A stretch of DNA of 64,000 nt, taken from positions 6,572,001 through 6,636,000 of the forward strand of contig CM120649.1 of NCBI GenBank assembly GCA_051362555.1, read 5' to 3'. A model generated the notes under the pieces. The model made no database searches, was not told the DNA's origin, and saw nothing but the letters and a program-made list of their open reading frames with translations. A program made the translations under genes and the position numbers. Positions 12,830 through 26,400 of this stretch are shown piece after piece (positions within the stretch are counted from its first letter, which is position 1; each line of letters begins with the position of its first letter). The stretch is from Lingula anatina (Eukaryota; Animalia; Brachiopoda).

Positions 12830-13376
12830 ATAAACTGTGAAAGGATTCCTTGCGCTTTCACTTTGTGTTAGTATGCCGTATTTTTGATGAAGGAAGTAAT
12901 TCCATTAAATAAAACGATACTACGTGCTTAAAAGCAAAAAGGGCAGGAAGTAAAGAAAATAATTAAAAGAGGAACATCTTTTGGTGATGAAAAGTTCCTA
13001 TAGGCTCAATACAAGTATACATTCATGTATAGGTAAGGGGGGAACTTAAAGCTGTCTGAAATAAATCAGAAATTAAATGGCGTATTGCTGTTGACGCATT
13101 AGCATGGAAGGTTTTGATATTTGTTGTTGACTGTAGGCATGGACGCATTTCTAAGACGGGGAGAACAAGTGCGTGGGTTAGCTTGTGATAGCGAGGTTGC
13201 GCATTCTTTCTAGCTCACGTGTGGGCGCGTTTGTTTTGAATGGATTATGTGAATATGAGTGCGTATGGATGCGCGTGTGTATGGTGTGTGCGTATGTGTG
13301 TGTGTAAATCACGTGTATACGTGTGGGCGCGTTTGTTTTGAATGGATTATGTGAATATGAGTGCGTATGGATGCAC

Positions 13377-13410
<34 letters not shown>

Positions 13411-14110
13411 TGTGTGCGTATGTGTGTTTGTAAATCTACACACCATTGTCTGCCTTTGCGAGAGTCCAGTGCGATCATACGCATGTGAAGATTAGTCAAA
13501 TTAATGTGTGCGTTCGGGCGCATGCTTACCACACAAAAAAAGCCAAATTTATTCTCTTTAATGTACGGGTTTCAAAAGAGACAACCGAATAAACTTTTAC
13601 ATGGTATGAGGTATTTGTGAAAAAGGAAGTAATTCTATTCTAAATAAAGTAACACCACGTGCTTAAAGGCCCATAACAAATGCGTGGGAGATACCAAACA
13701 AAAAGAATTAAAGAAAAAAGGAAGATTTTTAGCAATAAATAAATCTGTAAGATAAATACATGTAAACGGGCAAATTTAAGCTGTCTTATTAAATTAAATC
13801 AGAAATTAATTCGCGTATTGCTGTTGACACGTTAGCATGAAATATTTTCATAAAGAAAACTTAGGTTGTCGACTGGAATGGACGCGCGCATTACTAAAAC
13901 AAGTGCGTGTGTTTGCATGCGTTCGCGAATGTGCGCGATTGTTTTGAATGGATTGCGTGAATATATGTACGTATGGATGCATGTGTGTGTGTGTGCGTGT
14001 GTGTGTGTCTGTGTGCGTGTGTGTCAACACGCCATTGTCTGCCCAAGCAAGAGTATAGGGCATATGCATGTGTAGATCAATAAAGTGAATGTATGCGGGC
14101 GCATGCTCAC
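12830..14110. repeat. Degenerate tandem duplication with a period of about 730 bp, containing (TG)-rich sub-duplications
   Basis: Matching blocks: aaggaagtaatt (about 12890 and 13622), acgtgcttaaa, gcgtattgctgttgac (about 13080 and 13813), gttttgaatggatt (three copies). Confidence 0.7.
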
Positions 14111-14696
14111 ACATGCGCGTGCTTGCAGGGTCTATCCTACCACCAAGCATAGCGTGCAATACTGGGCGTGTTTTTGTGTGTAGGTGTTTACACCCCAAAC
14201 TCGCTTAATTACCTTTACACCAAGCAATATTATTATGTACCAAGTGTACAATCATGGTTATCTTGTATATAAGCAAAGAACATTTTGATACCCTGGGATA
14301 ATTGATAGTGTCAAGGCTCAGACTCCTGACCCCCCACCCCACACTTCCTTTTGGACGAGTTCCAATTCCAAGAATGCTTTTCAGATCTGGGTCGAGCAGT
14401 CGAGGGTGTCGCTATTGTCCTCACTGAATGCATACTGTAACTGCACGGGCATTTGTGCTACACGGGCCCCAGGCGTGTTCAGATCTATACCCTAAATATA
14501 GGCCTAGTACAGATTAATACAAGAGATATCCGTGTCAAAGGTCTCCGATAGATTAAAATGACAAAGTTCCCGGGGCTGCTGGTAGCATTACCCCGGCAAG
14601 GTAGCAAACAAAGAGGTAAACATAGCGGCACGTGGGTGGCCCCCTAGCGGCGTAATCGAAAACAAAATACAAAATGGAAAGTCGATTGTAAAGAAC

Positions 14697-15045
14697 ATGA
14701 CCGCGAGCAGAAATACTAAGCGAAAGGCACACTTTCGAAAGACGCTCGCAGTGCTGTCAGTGGTCACGTGTCTGCTCAGTCTGGGCTGCGTCGTCTGCTG
14801 TGCGGTTGTCATGGTAGCCGCGCGGTCGTTTGCTATACAAGGGTTCCATTTGGAGGGATTTCCCCGTCAACTTAGCGTAAAAGACGTAGAGTCTCGTGTT
14901 ATACCTCACCAGCGCCTGAAAGAGACAGGCGGTTCAGGGGGAAAGGATGGTAGTGGCGTTGTGGAGAAACTTTTGTCCCGACGTAAGCGTAAAGCCGTGA
15001 GTAGGAAGGTACGACATAGATAGTCCCCATGGGACATTACACACC

Positions 15046-15102
<57 letters not shown>

Positions 15103-16831
15103 GTATTTATTTTACAAAAAAAATTGTTTGAAAGATCCTTGTTTCTGTTGTTCTAGAGACCTGCCATCCATCTTGCAGCGGAGTGCAGAGATAGGAACTG
15201 CAATAGTATTGCACACAGAGAATTAACAGAAAAAGTTCCTGGCACAGGTAAATCGGAATGCGCACGTAGTGCCTTTGGCTTATCATTCAATGGTAGTCAA
15301 TAGAAATAATATGTTACACTGAATTATTATAGGATGCTGAAATCCTTAGGTCTTTTTTAAACTTTTAAAACACTATAAAGGTATGTTCTACTAAACATTG
15401 GTAACTTTGGCTTACGCCTTGCATACTTCAGAAAATTAAAGATAACGATTTTAGACCGTGTAAACAAATACTACATGTAGAATATTCAATACCCACTCTA
15501 AGCTCTTCCCTCCTTTTACAAATGCATATTCACTTTAAAGGTAACCTATCCTAGATTTTCCCGCCAAATCGAGAAAAAAAATCATATTTAAGTTTCTCCT
15601 CATCATCAATCATTGCTCGACCTGCCTCTGGTGGGGTTTGCAGAGATTAATTTGACACAAGTACTTGCTTCATATACATTTTTAATCCTTACAAACACGT
15701 TTATCGACAATTCATTTTTTCCACGTTAGAATTTTGGTTCATAAAAAATCAAATTATGACTAATGCATATTTCACATATACAAACAATTTTACTTGTATT
15801 CCAGTTGAAAATTTCGTCCGATGGACCCCAGTCACCGAGAAAAACACGAAGAGGGGCTTGGCGTACAGTCCTGCATGTAACTGCCTGACTGTGAGAAAGA
15901 GTGGGGTGTACTACGTGTACGCGCAGGTGCATTTTACCCTCAGTGAGAAAACCTCCTACCTTGGGTGTATATTCAAAGGGAAGTCCAGCTTGACAGATGT
16001 CACCAGGTAAACAAACGTAGTTGTATTATTAAAGTTATTGTGTAAATAGAAAAACTGTCATAACATAAAGCTGGTCTATGCGTACGATGCCCAGGGAAAA
16101 ACTTTTGTTTGTATCCAGTTTCTGTAGTAAAAAGCGTCTAATTTTTCTAAATTTCATTTTTTTCATCGGGTGGGATAAATTATGCTTTTGCGGGTTACTT
16201 GCCGTTGGAACGTTCTGCTGGTAATTGAAATTAAAAACGATCTAAGAACACAACGTCTGGTACTAACTTATGAGGCGTGTGAGATCAAAATTTCTTTGGG
16301 GACAAGAGATGACCACCCCTCATCAGCCCACGTTTACCATTCAATTATTCTCACTCTCTCTTTTTTTTTTACCTTCCATACAAGCGCCTAAGTCCTGTAT
16401 ACACTTTTAATTGTATATAGCAATGTTTGTTGTAAGCAAGTGTCGAGTTACATGTAACCATTCGGCAAAAACAGCTACTCTAAAAGAGATGATTCTTTTA
16501 ACACCCCCCCCCCCCACTTCTCCCTCCGCCGCCGGCTGCTACGCCTTTATTAATCCAATAATTAAGTATCCACTTACCGTCCTCTTACAAGATGTCACTT
16601 TTATGTCCGCTGTCTTCTTCCAGGGACGAGCCACTGACCTGCACTCAGGCCTACCCCTTGAGGGGCCACACCCTGGGGGACCGCGTCAAACAGTTCAGTG
16701 GCGTGTTCCAGCTCAGCATTGGGGACGCACTGTACGTTGCTGTCGTGAGGGCCCGTCACGGGGACAAGTTACCGGCGCTGGACGTCGTTGTCAACAGGCG
16801 TAAAACATACTTTGGAGGGTTTAAGGTGTAG
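14697..16831 (+). CDS. TNF-superfamily ligand gene 3, 270 aa, type II membrane protein; exons 14697-15008, 15157-15247, 15805-16006, 16624-16831
   Basis: 312+91+202+208=813 nt in frame. Basic cytoplasmic N-terminus, TM segment LAVLSVVTCLLSLGCVVCCAVVMVAA, furin site RRKR, then RPAIHL...VRW...SGVYYVYAQVHF...FSGVFQLSIGDALYV...KTYFGGFKV*. Confidence 0.92.
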
Positions 16832-19800
16832 ATAAGCGGGAGAAAATGTGAACTATGTAAATATCATTCCGTATACATCCTGTTGAAGTGTTGAAAGTGT
16901 AGATAAGAGGTAAAATTAGAGAAATTAATCCTTTTGTATGTGAACTCTGTAACTATTATTCGGTATCTCATTTTATATATATATATATATATATATAGTT
17001 CACTGGCGGATAAAAAATCTTATCCTGATTTGGGGGGGGGGGGGGGGCAAAAAGAAAAAGTATAAGTATAAAACAGTTGAAGGGGACAATAATAATAATA
17101 ATAATAATAATTTTATAAATGTCTCATATTTAAGAATAAAAACCACCATACTAACGGTTATGAGAGATTAAAACCTGTGAAAGTACAATTAAAATTCATA
17201 AAAGATTTATAAATTAAATTACTGACCATTTAAAGACATAAAAAACAATATTATATATATAAAACCTTTCAATTCCTCTGTATTAAACTGATTTTTCCCA
17301 CATCTTTGCGTGTACTTATTTTGTTGTCTTAAGTTGTACATGTACAGGTAACTGGTCATTTTGCATGCAAAATAAAAACTTCTCAGTGTCATTAAATGCA
17401 TTAAAATGTTCTTCAGAAAGAATCACTAAGTTAAAAAGGTCTTCTCTAACGTCTTTATAGAGTTGACAGTTAGTCAAAAATATGCTTCTCGCTTTCTACT
17501 TCTTTTGAAGTACGATGTTTGCATAAACGCCCATTCAGTGGTGTATTAAAATAACGCCCGGTTTCCACTCTGAGGGGTGCGCTACCACAAACGAGTGAAA
17601 CCAAAGTCCGTCATTGTGCTCTGCTCGCTGAGTTTTAGCATGTACATAAGTAAGATTCTGTCACAAGTGCACGTTTAAACATCCAAAAGTTCGTAGTTTA
17701 TTACCATTAAAATGGTTTTTATCATCCCAGTACTTAGTTTTCCGTACATTTTCATCAGCGGATTTTAAAGCTTTTCTAGCCAAGGAAATGTCGAAAAGGC
17801 CTTCCTACCTGTGTACGTCTAGCTGAAACTGTAGGGCCAAACTCGGCTTCCCCAACGCGACATTTTTAAGTGGCCATTTGTGAATTGCTTTAATAGGTCT
17901 GGTATCGTTGAAGAGAATTATTGTATTAAGCATGACACAGGGATGGAAACTTGCTTGGTTTCGTCGTGTTTAGCTCCACCTTTTTTAAGAGGGGGGAGAA
18001 GTACACGTGGTGGACGAAGGACGTGGTCGACTGCCCCCCCCCCTCCCCCCAGGATCCGCCATTGTGGATAGATTCGGGGCGACACCCTATCCCGTTTAAA
18101 AGGAAACAATTTAAAGAGGCTGTGATACTGTCATAATAGTAACTATCTCATATTTTGCAACGTGCAGCGAGTGGTGACATATTTGAAAGAATAGTCAACT
18201 GCAAAGCGGTTTATGCAGTAGTTGGTAACTTTTTAACAATTTTTGACGGGCAATGCATTAGTAATAGGGAGCGGGAACTGCTGTATTGTCAGGCTTGGTG
18301 CAGGCATCGACGATCAGGGTCTTCCAGTTAACTCTATTTTCAGTCGATTGGATGAGCTCGTTATTGTATATTTGTTGCGAAGTCATTAAGGCTATCAATG
18401 TCTGATGTTCTTTGTCTTTCTCTATTCTTCTTCATTTAATTTCCCACAGAGTACATGTACCAGTTTTTCTATTCGTCTTTTATAATTGTAATTAGAGAAT
18501 TAAAAAAAAGAGAATTTAAAAAAACATCTCTACGAATATTGTCATTTGCAAAACATGTTCACACATATCATTACACGCTTTCTCATTAGTATTTTTGAAA
18601 CTTGTACACTTACAAGCAAATGAAAGTAGTAAAAATCGAAAAAATTGCGAAACTCACAATTATTTCTGTGAAGGAAACAAAAAGTGAAAATGATAATTGC
18701 TTCTGTTTGAAAAACATTTTGCCTTGGGAAAATCGTTATCAAATCAATTATAGGATTTTATTTGTGTTTTAAAGTTAATGGCTTACGCTTGCAGATAATA
18801 ATTAAAGAGGCGTCAAATAAATAAAAGGATAGGGAGTTATTGAGTGTAAGTTAAATTTTTTAGGGGTCAACAAGTGTAGAATTCGTTTTCGTGGTGAAAA
18901 AAGATGGAACATGTCAAAGTCAAATATAGGTTGATTTCATTGGTTAATTTCACAGTAGCTTCTGCCATGTGTTAAACATTCGCTAAGTAAGGATGGGTGT
19001 GTACCAAGCATGATGAATTCAAATAATATTTTTATTATTTTGGATTAAAAACAATTCTCTTAAGGATTACCTATAATAAGGAAATATTAACTGGAAGAAC
19101 ACAACATGAGAATGGAAATTTTCTGATAATCACGCAAAGGACAACGGAACGAATACTAGTGTGATCAGAACTGAGAAATAAAGTATAAATACTTGTGAAA
19201 GAGTTGGTGAATGAACGGTTGAAAGCTCCAACTTGGCCCTCGTTGTCACTATAATATTTCCATTTATCAAATAAACAAAGATATATATCGAAAAATAATC
19301 ATTCACAGTTGTGTGGGGGTTTTACAAGAACAAGCAACAAGCAATATCAATTCCCAAGGATCTGTTCTGTGCATCATGATGTAGTTCAAGAGTTTAGAGT
19401 TTAGTGCTCACAGCGGAGAGCTCGAGTGCACGCGTTCTCAATACTATAAAATGGTCGCAATAGGGCAGCGAGTGCAAGTATTCACTCGGTCCGGGAAATT
19501 TGGGGGGAGGGGGGGAGGGACCGAAGTTGAAATATGAATCAGCTGTTTCGTACCATTTTATATTAATGTATAAAAAAAGTAAAAGATTAAATGCTCAACC
19601 TCTGGGGCGACCTTTGTGAATACATAGTACTTTCGTATACTGATTATCTATTTTTACAAATAATTTTGTCAGATACTTCTATTCTTACCAGTAAATACAA
19701 AAAAATTCCAGATTGTAGACGTGTCCGTTTTAGAAGTGGTTGTTTAGGTTACAGCAATTAAAGTTAGACTGGAATGCGAGTTATTTATATAAATCTATAA

Positions 19801-21028
19801 ATTGACTAGTCGCTTCCTGCACTTGTTAAACAAGTATCTCTTTAAAGAAAAGAAGGCAAATTCTTGGCGCGAATTGTTGTGCAAGTACAGTCTCAACAGA
19901 TTTTAAACGCGTTCCTGACCAGCCCCTGACCCCCACTCTCAGCGCTTTTCCTTTTATTAGCTGAATAAAAAAAATGCATTTTCTATCCTTCTCTCCTTTT
20001 ACATTGTAGCACTAAATAACTTTGTTTATAAATACACACATTTTTGATGCATAAGTTGGCAATGCTTTGGATTTATTTGTAGTTTTTTTTGCATCATAGG
20101 ACAACAACAACAACAACAACAACAATAAGAATAAGAATAATAAAAATAACAATTATAATAATAGTAAAGATGATGATGTACAACACAATTGTTACAAAAC
20201 ATTCAACAAAAATTAAAAATAGAATTTGGCTGTCACCTTTTACGAGTGGTTTTACACAAATCTATGCAGTGGTGACATCTTTATGGACACGAACCCTTTT
20301 CGTATTATCTTTAAATGTTTTAGATATGACGTTTTTAAACTTGAAAGTCAGATACTGCTAGTCAATCCCAATGAGCGCTTTATTTAATGTAAAAAGTGCT
20401 TCTTTTCCATGAAAAAAGTGTGATAAATTTTTTCACTCATACTCACCGTTCTCGTTAAACTCTTTAAAGGAAAATTATTGACCTGCAATATTGTGCATGC
20501 ATCAAAGAGATTTAAATCGTGTTGGGAACTCTTTTCTTGGATGCCTAATCACAGCGCCCTCTTTTCCTTTGATTAAAGTCATTTGATTAAACCCCCTTTA
20601 ATAAACTCCTTTTTTGTTTCATACAGTCGAAACGAAATTATTTTCTTTTTTATCTATAATCAGTACCTATGCGTGAATTTGGATTGATTTTCTCATGTCT
20701 GAAAAATTTCATTATATAGTATGTTGGGATCAGATGAAATGCAATTATTCACAACAGTCGCTTGTTTTGATTCGAAAATAATCGCTTCTTTACCACTGAA
20801 AGGTGCGACAATATTGTTATTAATTTTCCCACTGCAAACACAAAGCAGTTGCAGTTTTGACTGGGGGTATCGTTATGTTTACATTGTACATCTTGCCACA
20901 ATTTCCAAGTTCCTCCTTTGAGTCTTTATCAGAAGAGAACAAAATCCGGCCCAATATTTACACGGTGCACAAAAGCAAAACAATGTGGCTCAAAACACTT
21001 GGTAGTCCAGGCACGCGACAGGACTAAC

Positions 21029-21063
21029 TGCGCATGCGTAGGGCGGATTCAATGAACTATAAA
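21029..21063 (+). promoter_or_regulatory. Candidate promoter module (NRF1-like tgcgcatgcg, GC box gggcgg, TATAAA)
   Basis: Three promoter-type motifs lie within 35 bp. Without the LINE they would sit about 0.8 kb upstream of the TNF4 ATG. Confidence 0.3.
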
Positions 21064-21896
21064 TGTCACTTTTTTCCTTTTTGAGCCGTCATTTAAAGCG
21101 CTCTCTGCGTGTAGACCTTGACAATGCAACTGATTTTTTTTTTTTACCAGGATATCAAATTAAAACGAAAGTTACAATTTCTTATGTGAAATAAAAATGA
21201 ATATTAGCATGCTTATTAAATAGTAAGTAAAGCAAAACGGAACTATGCGTAACTTACAAATTACTAGTAATTGTTCGTTTTTTTTTTCTTTCCTTTTTTA
21301 ACTGGCAGGTCCTCACACAGTTGAAGTGCGTTGAGACCAAAATAATTTCCTATATTTTTTCATATTTAAGCATGGCACAAGAGTTCATCAGATATTTAAA
21401 TATCCCAACCGTGAATTAGGCTCACCTTCTCATTTCATTCTGATATAAACGATTTTATTTGAAGTGCGTACATGGAGCAGGGGTGTGAAACCCCATGGAT
21501 TAATTTATGCAAGGGTCAGAGGTCAAGGTCGCTATCAAAGAGGGAAGTTCAAAAGGAAAGTGGCTCTCTACTTTGTGGTAAATTTATGTGATATGTAGAT
21601 CCAGAGACCCTGAAAATCGGCAGTGATGTTCATGAATGTTGAAAGAAAACAGAGGTGCTAAAAATCTGAGACTCCAAAGTTGGCAAGTATGTTTTTTGAC
21701 TATCTTTGATAAAACTGAAAACTGGACATAAGCATAATGGAGACTCAGTGAGAAGTGAACACTGCTCAGATCTACCCAGTTACCATCCAGGCCTTTGGCT
21801 ATAAATACCTGGTAATAACAGACATCCACATAATAAGAGATTCATAATTATCCAATCAAAGTTGTAAGGAGTACCATTGCATTGTGTGAGAAGGCT

Positions 21897-22844
21897 ATGG
21901 CATCTAAGCATAGTAAAGCAGAAAATAGAACAATGTCAAGGTTCCTCACATGTGACAGCGAGAAAGCAAACAATAAATCACACACAACAGGTGGAAAGCC
22001 AAAAAGACCACATTCTGAGGTGGCCAATTCAAGCTCCGATGAAATACAGTTACTAATGAATGAACTATCTGAAATAAAAAGCGAAATTCAGGAAACCATT
22101 AAAAAAGATGATCTGGAAAAAACAGTCTCTAGTGTAATGAACAAGCTTCTTCACAACTTCCAAGCAGAAATAAAACACATGTTGTCTGATTTAGAAGCAA
22201 AGTTTCAACAAAAAGTTGAGGAACTGAAAGTAGAGACTGAAAACCGCTCTGCAAAATTACAAGAGCAGGTTGATAGCCTCATGATGGAAAACAATAATTT
22301 GAAAGAGGTTCTAAGAGGTAAAGATAGAGAGACAAAAGATCTAAATGAAAGACTTAAACAAAATGAATACTTTACAAAAGAAGCCGTTTGCCTTAGTAAT
22401 CATAATGAACAATACTCCAGAAAAACAAACATACGGGTGATCAATTTGCCAGAACAGAAGGATGAAAATCTCCGTGTGGTGTTTACCAACTTATTGAAAA
22501 AGGAGGTGAAGCTTGAAATCCCTACCACGGACATCACAGCAATCCACCGTATACCTGGCAAACAGGGGCAGGCGAAACCAGTGATTGTAAAACTAAAAAA
22601 CACTGAGATTAAAAAAACAATCATGAGGAAAAAGAAAGAACTGCAGTCTGGTGTGCGCCTGTTTGACGATATAACCTTGAAAAACTTGACTCTCCTAAAC
22701 AAGCTCAAACAGTATGAGGAGGTAGAAAGAGCCTGGTTTTTTAATTGTAATGTTTTCTGTCAGCTGAAAAATGGAAATGGTCACAGGATGAAAATTGACA
22801 TTTGTGATAACTTGGATGAAAAACTTAAACTAAGAAAAAGTTAA
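21897..22844 (+). CDS. LINE ORF1p (coiled coil plus RRM-like domain)
   Basis: Long heptad-rich region followed by EQYSRKTNIRVINLPE...AIHRI...PVIVKL, typical of L1-type ORF1. First ATG at 21897. Confidence 0.88.
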   Translation: MASKHSKAENRTMSRFLTCDSEKANNKSHTTGGKPKRPHSEVANSSSDEIQLLMNELSEIKSEIQETIKKDDLEKTVSSVMNKLLHNFQAEIKHMLSDLEAKFQQKVEELKVETENRSAKLQEQVDSLMMENNNLKEVLRGKDRETKDLNERLKQNEYFTKEAVCLSNHNEQYSRKTNIRVINLPEQKDENLRVVFTNLLKKEVKLEIPTTDITAIHRIPGKQGQAKPVIVKLKNTEIKKTIMRKKKELQSGVRLFDDITLKNLTLLNKLKQYEEVERAWFFNCNVFCQLKNGNGHRMKIDICDNLDEKLKLRKS

Positions 22845-23435
22845 AGGACCAATTAAAAATAATATGAACAATAACTCATAAGCAAACTGCTTAGCAAAAT
22901 TAGCATGAATGTGACTGCATATAGATATATGTTAAGAATTATTACCATCTGTCTTACTTATTTCTATTATTAATGTTTTAAGGTATATATTCAGTCTTCT
23001 TTACTAAGATTCTTCGACTAGGGAGAAAATGTTCAGTGGTATGTACAGTTTAGCTCATCATTCACACTACTGAGATGAGGTGAGTCAAGCTGTGTTATTA
23101 TTTTACAAAAAAAGATTTCTCTAATGTTACAAGCGGCTAAAAAAATGGCATTGATTTTACGGAAAAAAGTATTTCATTTGTATTATTCACTGTCATGTAG
23201 GATCTGTGTAGATTTATATATTCTGTTATGAATAATGTGAACATACTGCATATTTGAACGTCTATCGGTTAAATAATTTCACTTATGTGGTTTACATATT
23301 CGTGGTGTGCGTGGGTATGTGTGGGAGTGCATGTTTTAAGTGAGTTGTATAAATGGAATAGTACAAGTACATCAGATGTGAATGCATGTATATCCATGTT
23401 GCAATTTATATTATGTTTGTTTATCAAAATGGATA

Positions 23436-26400
23436 ATGGATAATCTTAAAATAATGTCAATGAACTGTAGAGGCCTCCAGGATGTTAAAAAGAGGAAAGA
23501 CGTGTTCAAATTCTTGAGAGAAAAACAATTTGATATTTATTGCCTTCAAGACACACATTTCTCAGAGAAAGATTATGCATATGTAAGAAGTCAGTGGGGC
23601 TATGAATGTTTTATAAGTCCTGGTAGGACTGACTCGAGAGGTGTCGCAGTTCTTTTAAACAACAAAATAGAATATAAAGTACAAAGTGTGCAAACTGATA
23701 ATATCGGTAATTTTATTTCGTTAAGAATGAATATTGAAAAAAATTTTGAGGTGAATCTTGTAAATATTTACGGACCAAATAGTGACTCTCCAAATTTCTT
23801 CTCTAAGCTTGCATCAGATTTAGAGAATTATGACACGGATTTTAATATAATATGCGGAGATTGGAATATGACTCAAGATGTTAACTTAGACACATTTAAC
23901 TATTCAGATAATGTAAATAATCCCAGGGCCAGAGAAGCTATGCATGATTTGAAAAGTAAACATAACCTAGTTGATCCATGGAGAATAAAAAATCATAATA
24001 CTAAACGATATACATGGTTTAGGAGAAATCCTACCAAAAAAGCAAGATTAGACTATTTTCTTATAACTAGAGAGATCATGAACTTGGTACAAAAGGCAGA
24101 GATAAATCCTGGATATAGAACAGATCATGCTTATATTTCATTAGAGGTGCAAATAAATGAACAGACAAAAGGAGCAGGCTTTTGGAGGTTTAATAACTCG
24201 GTCTTGAAAGATTTGGAATATGTCAAAAAGGTAAAACAAGTAATAGAGGAAACAAAAAAGGATTATGCCCTTCTACCATATAATTTGGATGCCATTAATA
24301 GCATCTCGGAGATGGAATTATGTTTTTCTTGTGATGATGCAATGTTTTTAGAAATGTTATTAATGAACATTAGAGGTATGACTATTTCCTACTGTTCTAA
24401 AAAGAAAAGAGAATCATCGAAAATTAAAAAATCTATAGAAAATCAAATAAAAATCATACAAGAGTTAACAGATTTCGATCATAGTGAAACGTTGATGGAA
24501 GTGAAGAGTGATTTACAATTACAACTGGAAGAAATAAGAAAAAATGAACTGAAAGGACTTTTATTACGTAGTAGATCAAAATGGATTGAAGATGGAGAAA
24601 AGGCAACAAAATATTTCTGTAGTTTAGAAAAGAGAAATTATATAAATAAAAACATACGTAAATTGATAAACACAGATGGACAAGAAATAAATGATCAGAA
24701 ATTAATATTAGGAGAAATCGAAACTTTCTACAAAGATTTATATCGATCACAGGATGATAATCTAGACGATGTTAACTTGTATGAAATGTTTCAAGATTTA
24801 AATATTCCAACATTAAGGGAAAACCAAAGGCAAGCTTTAGATGAAGATATAACACTAGATGATATACATAAATCTCTCCATAAAATGAGTAATGATAAGT
24901 CACCAGGCCCTGATGGGTTTACAGCTGAATTTTTTAAGTTCTTCTGGAATGACATTAGATTTTTTCTATACAGGTCTTATTTGCATAGCTTTGATATAGG
25001 TCATCTGTCAATATCACAAAAACAAGGGATAATATCTATACTACCCAAAGGGGATAAGCCCAGGGAATACCTCAGGAACTGGCGACCAATTTCCCTGCTT
25101 AATATAACATATAAAATACTGGCAGGAGTCTTAGCAAATAAAATCAAAACAGTCTTAGATGATTTGATACACGAAAACCAAAAAGGATTTATTTCAGGAA
25201 GATATATTGGTGAGAATACTAGACTACTTTATGATATTTTGCAGTTTACAGAAGAAAATAATATCCCAGGGATGGTTTTATTGGTTGATTTTCAAAAGGC
25301 ATTCGATTCTGTTTCATGGAAATTTCTTTTTAAAACACTAGACTTCTTTAATTTTGGGCCAAAATACAAAAAGTGGATAGAGCTGATTTTTAATGGATTT
25401 GAACTTTGTGTTATTCAAAATGGAATATTTAGTAAATTTTTTAACATAAGACGTGGCTGCCGCCAGGGTGACCCAATCTCACCGTACTTGTTTTTGTTGT
25501 GTGCTGAAATCATGGGTATAATGATTCGGAATCAGGCGGATATAAAAGGTATTGATCTAGGGGATGAATCATACAAAATTATGCAATATGCTGATGATAC
25601 GGTTATATTATTGGATGGCAATGAAAATTCGCTAAAGTCATGTTTAAATATTATACAGCAGTACTCAAAGTTTTCTGGCCTTATGCCAAATATTGAGAAG
25701 ACACAGTGTATTTGGATTGGAAGTAAAATAAACAATTCAGAAAAACTATGTCCAGAATATAATATATCCTGGACTTCAGAACCTTTCACTGTTCTTGGAG
25801 TTGTCTTTAGTCTCAACTTAAAAGATATGATTACTTTAAATTATAAGGGCAAAATCGAAGAAATAAAGAAACTCATTTCATATTGGTCTAAGCGCATGCT
25901 TACAGTGATAGGGAGAATTACAGTAGTTAAAACAATATTAATCCCCAAACTCATCCATTATTTTCTAAGTTTGCCCAATCCATCAGCTGAAATTATTAAA
26001 TCCTTAGAAAAGCTATTTTTCAAATTCATTTGGAACAATAAAAATGACAGGGTATCAAGGAATACGATTGTGCAAGATTATTGTCATGGGGGACTGAAAA
26101 TGCCACATTTATCTTTCTTACTAAAATCTATGAAAATTACGTGGTTTAGAAGATTGTTGGAAGGTGACTCCTCTTGGAAAAAATTAGTTTTAAAGTCAAT
26201 GATGCCAAACTTTTGTGAGACTTTTTTAGTGTATGGAAACTGGAATCTAAAAGAATTTGCAAATAATAATAATAATAATTTTTGGAAAGATGCTCTTATG
26301 GCATTGTATGAATTTAAAACAATTATCGATGATGATTTAAATGTATGTTCTCAGAACCCTTTATGGTTGAATTTCAGGATTAGAATTGAAAATAAACCTA

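Noticed and set aside
23382-23435. Longer ORF2 start (MHVYPCC...) given in the ORF track
   Set aside because: The endonuclease domain begins right after the Met at 23436. The extra 18 codons look like spacer sequence.
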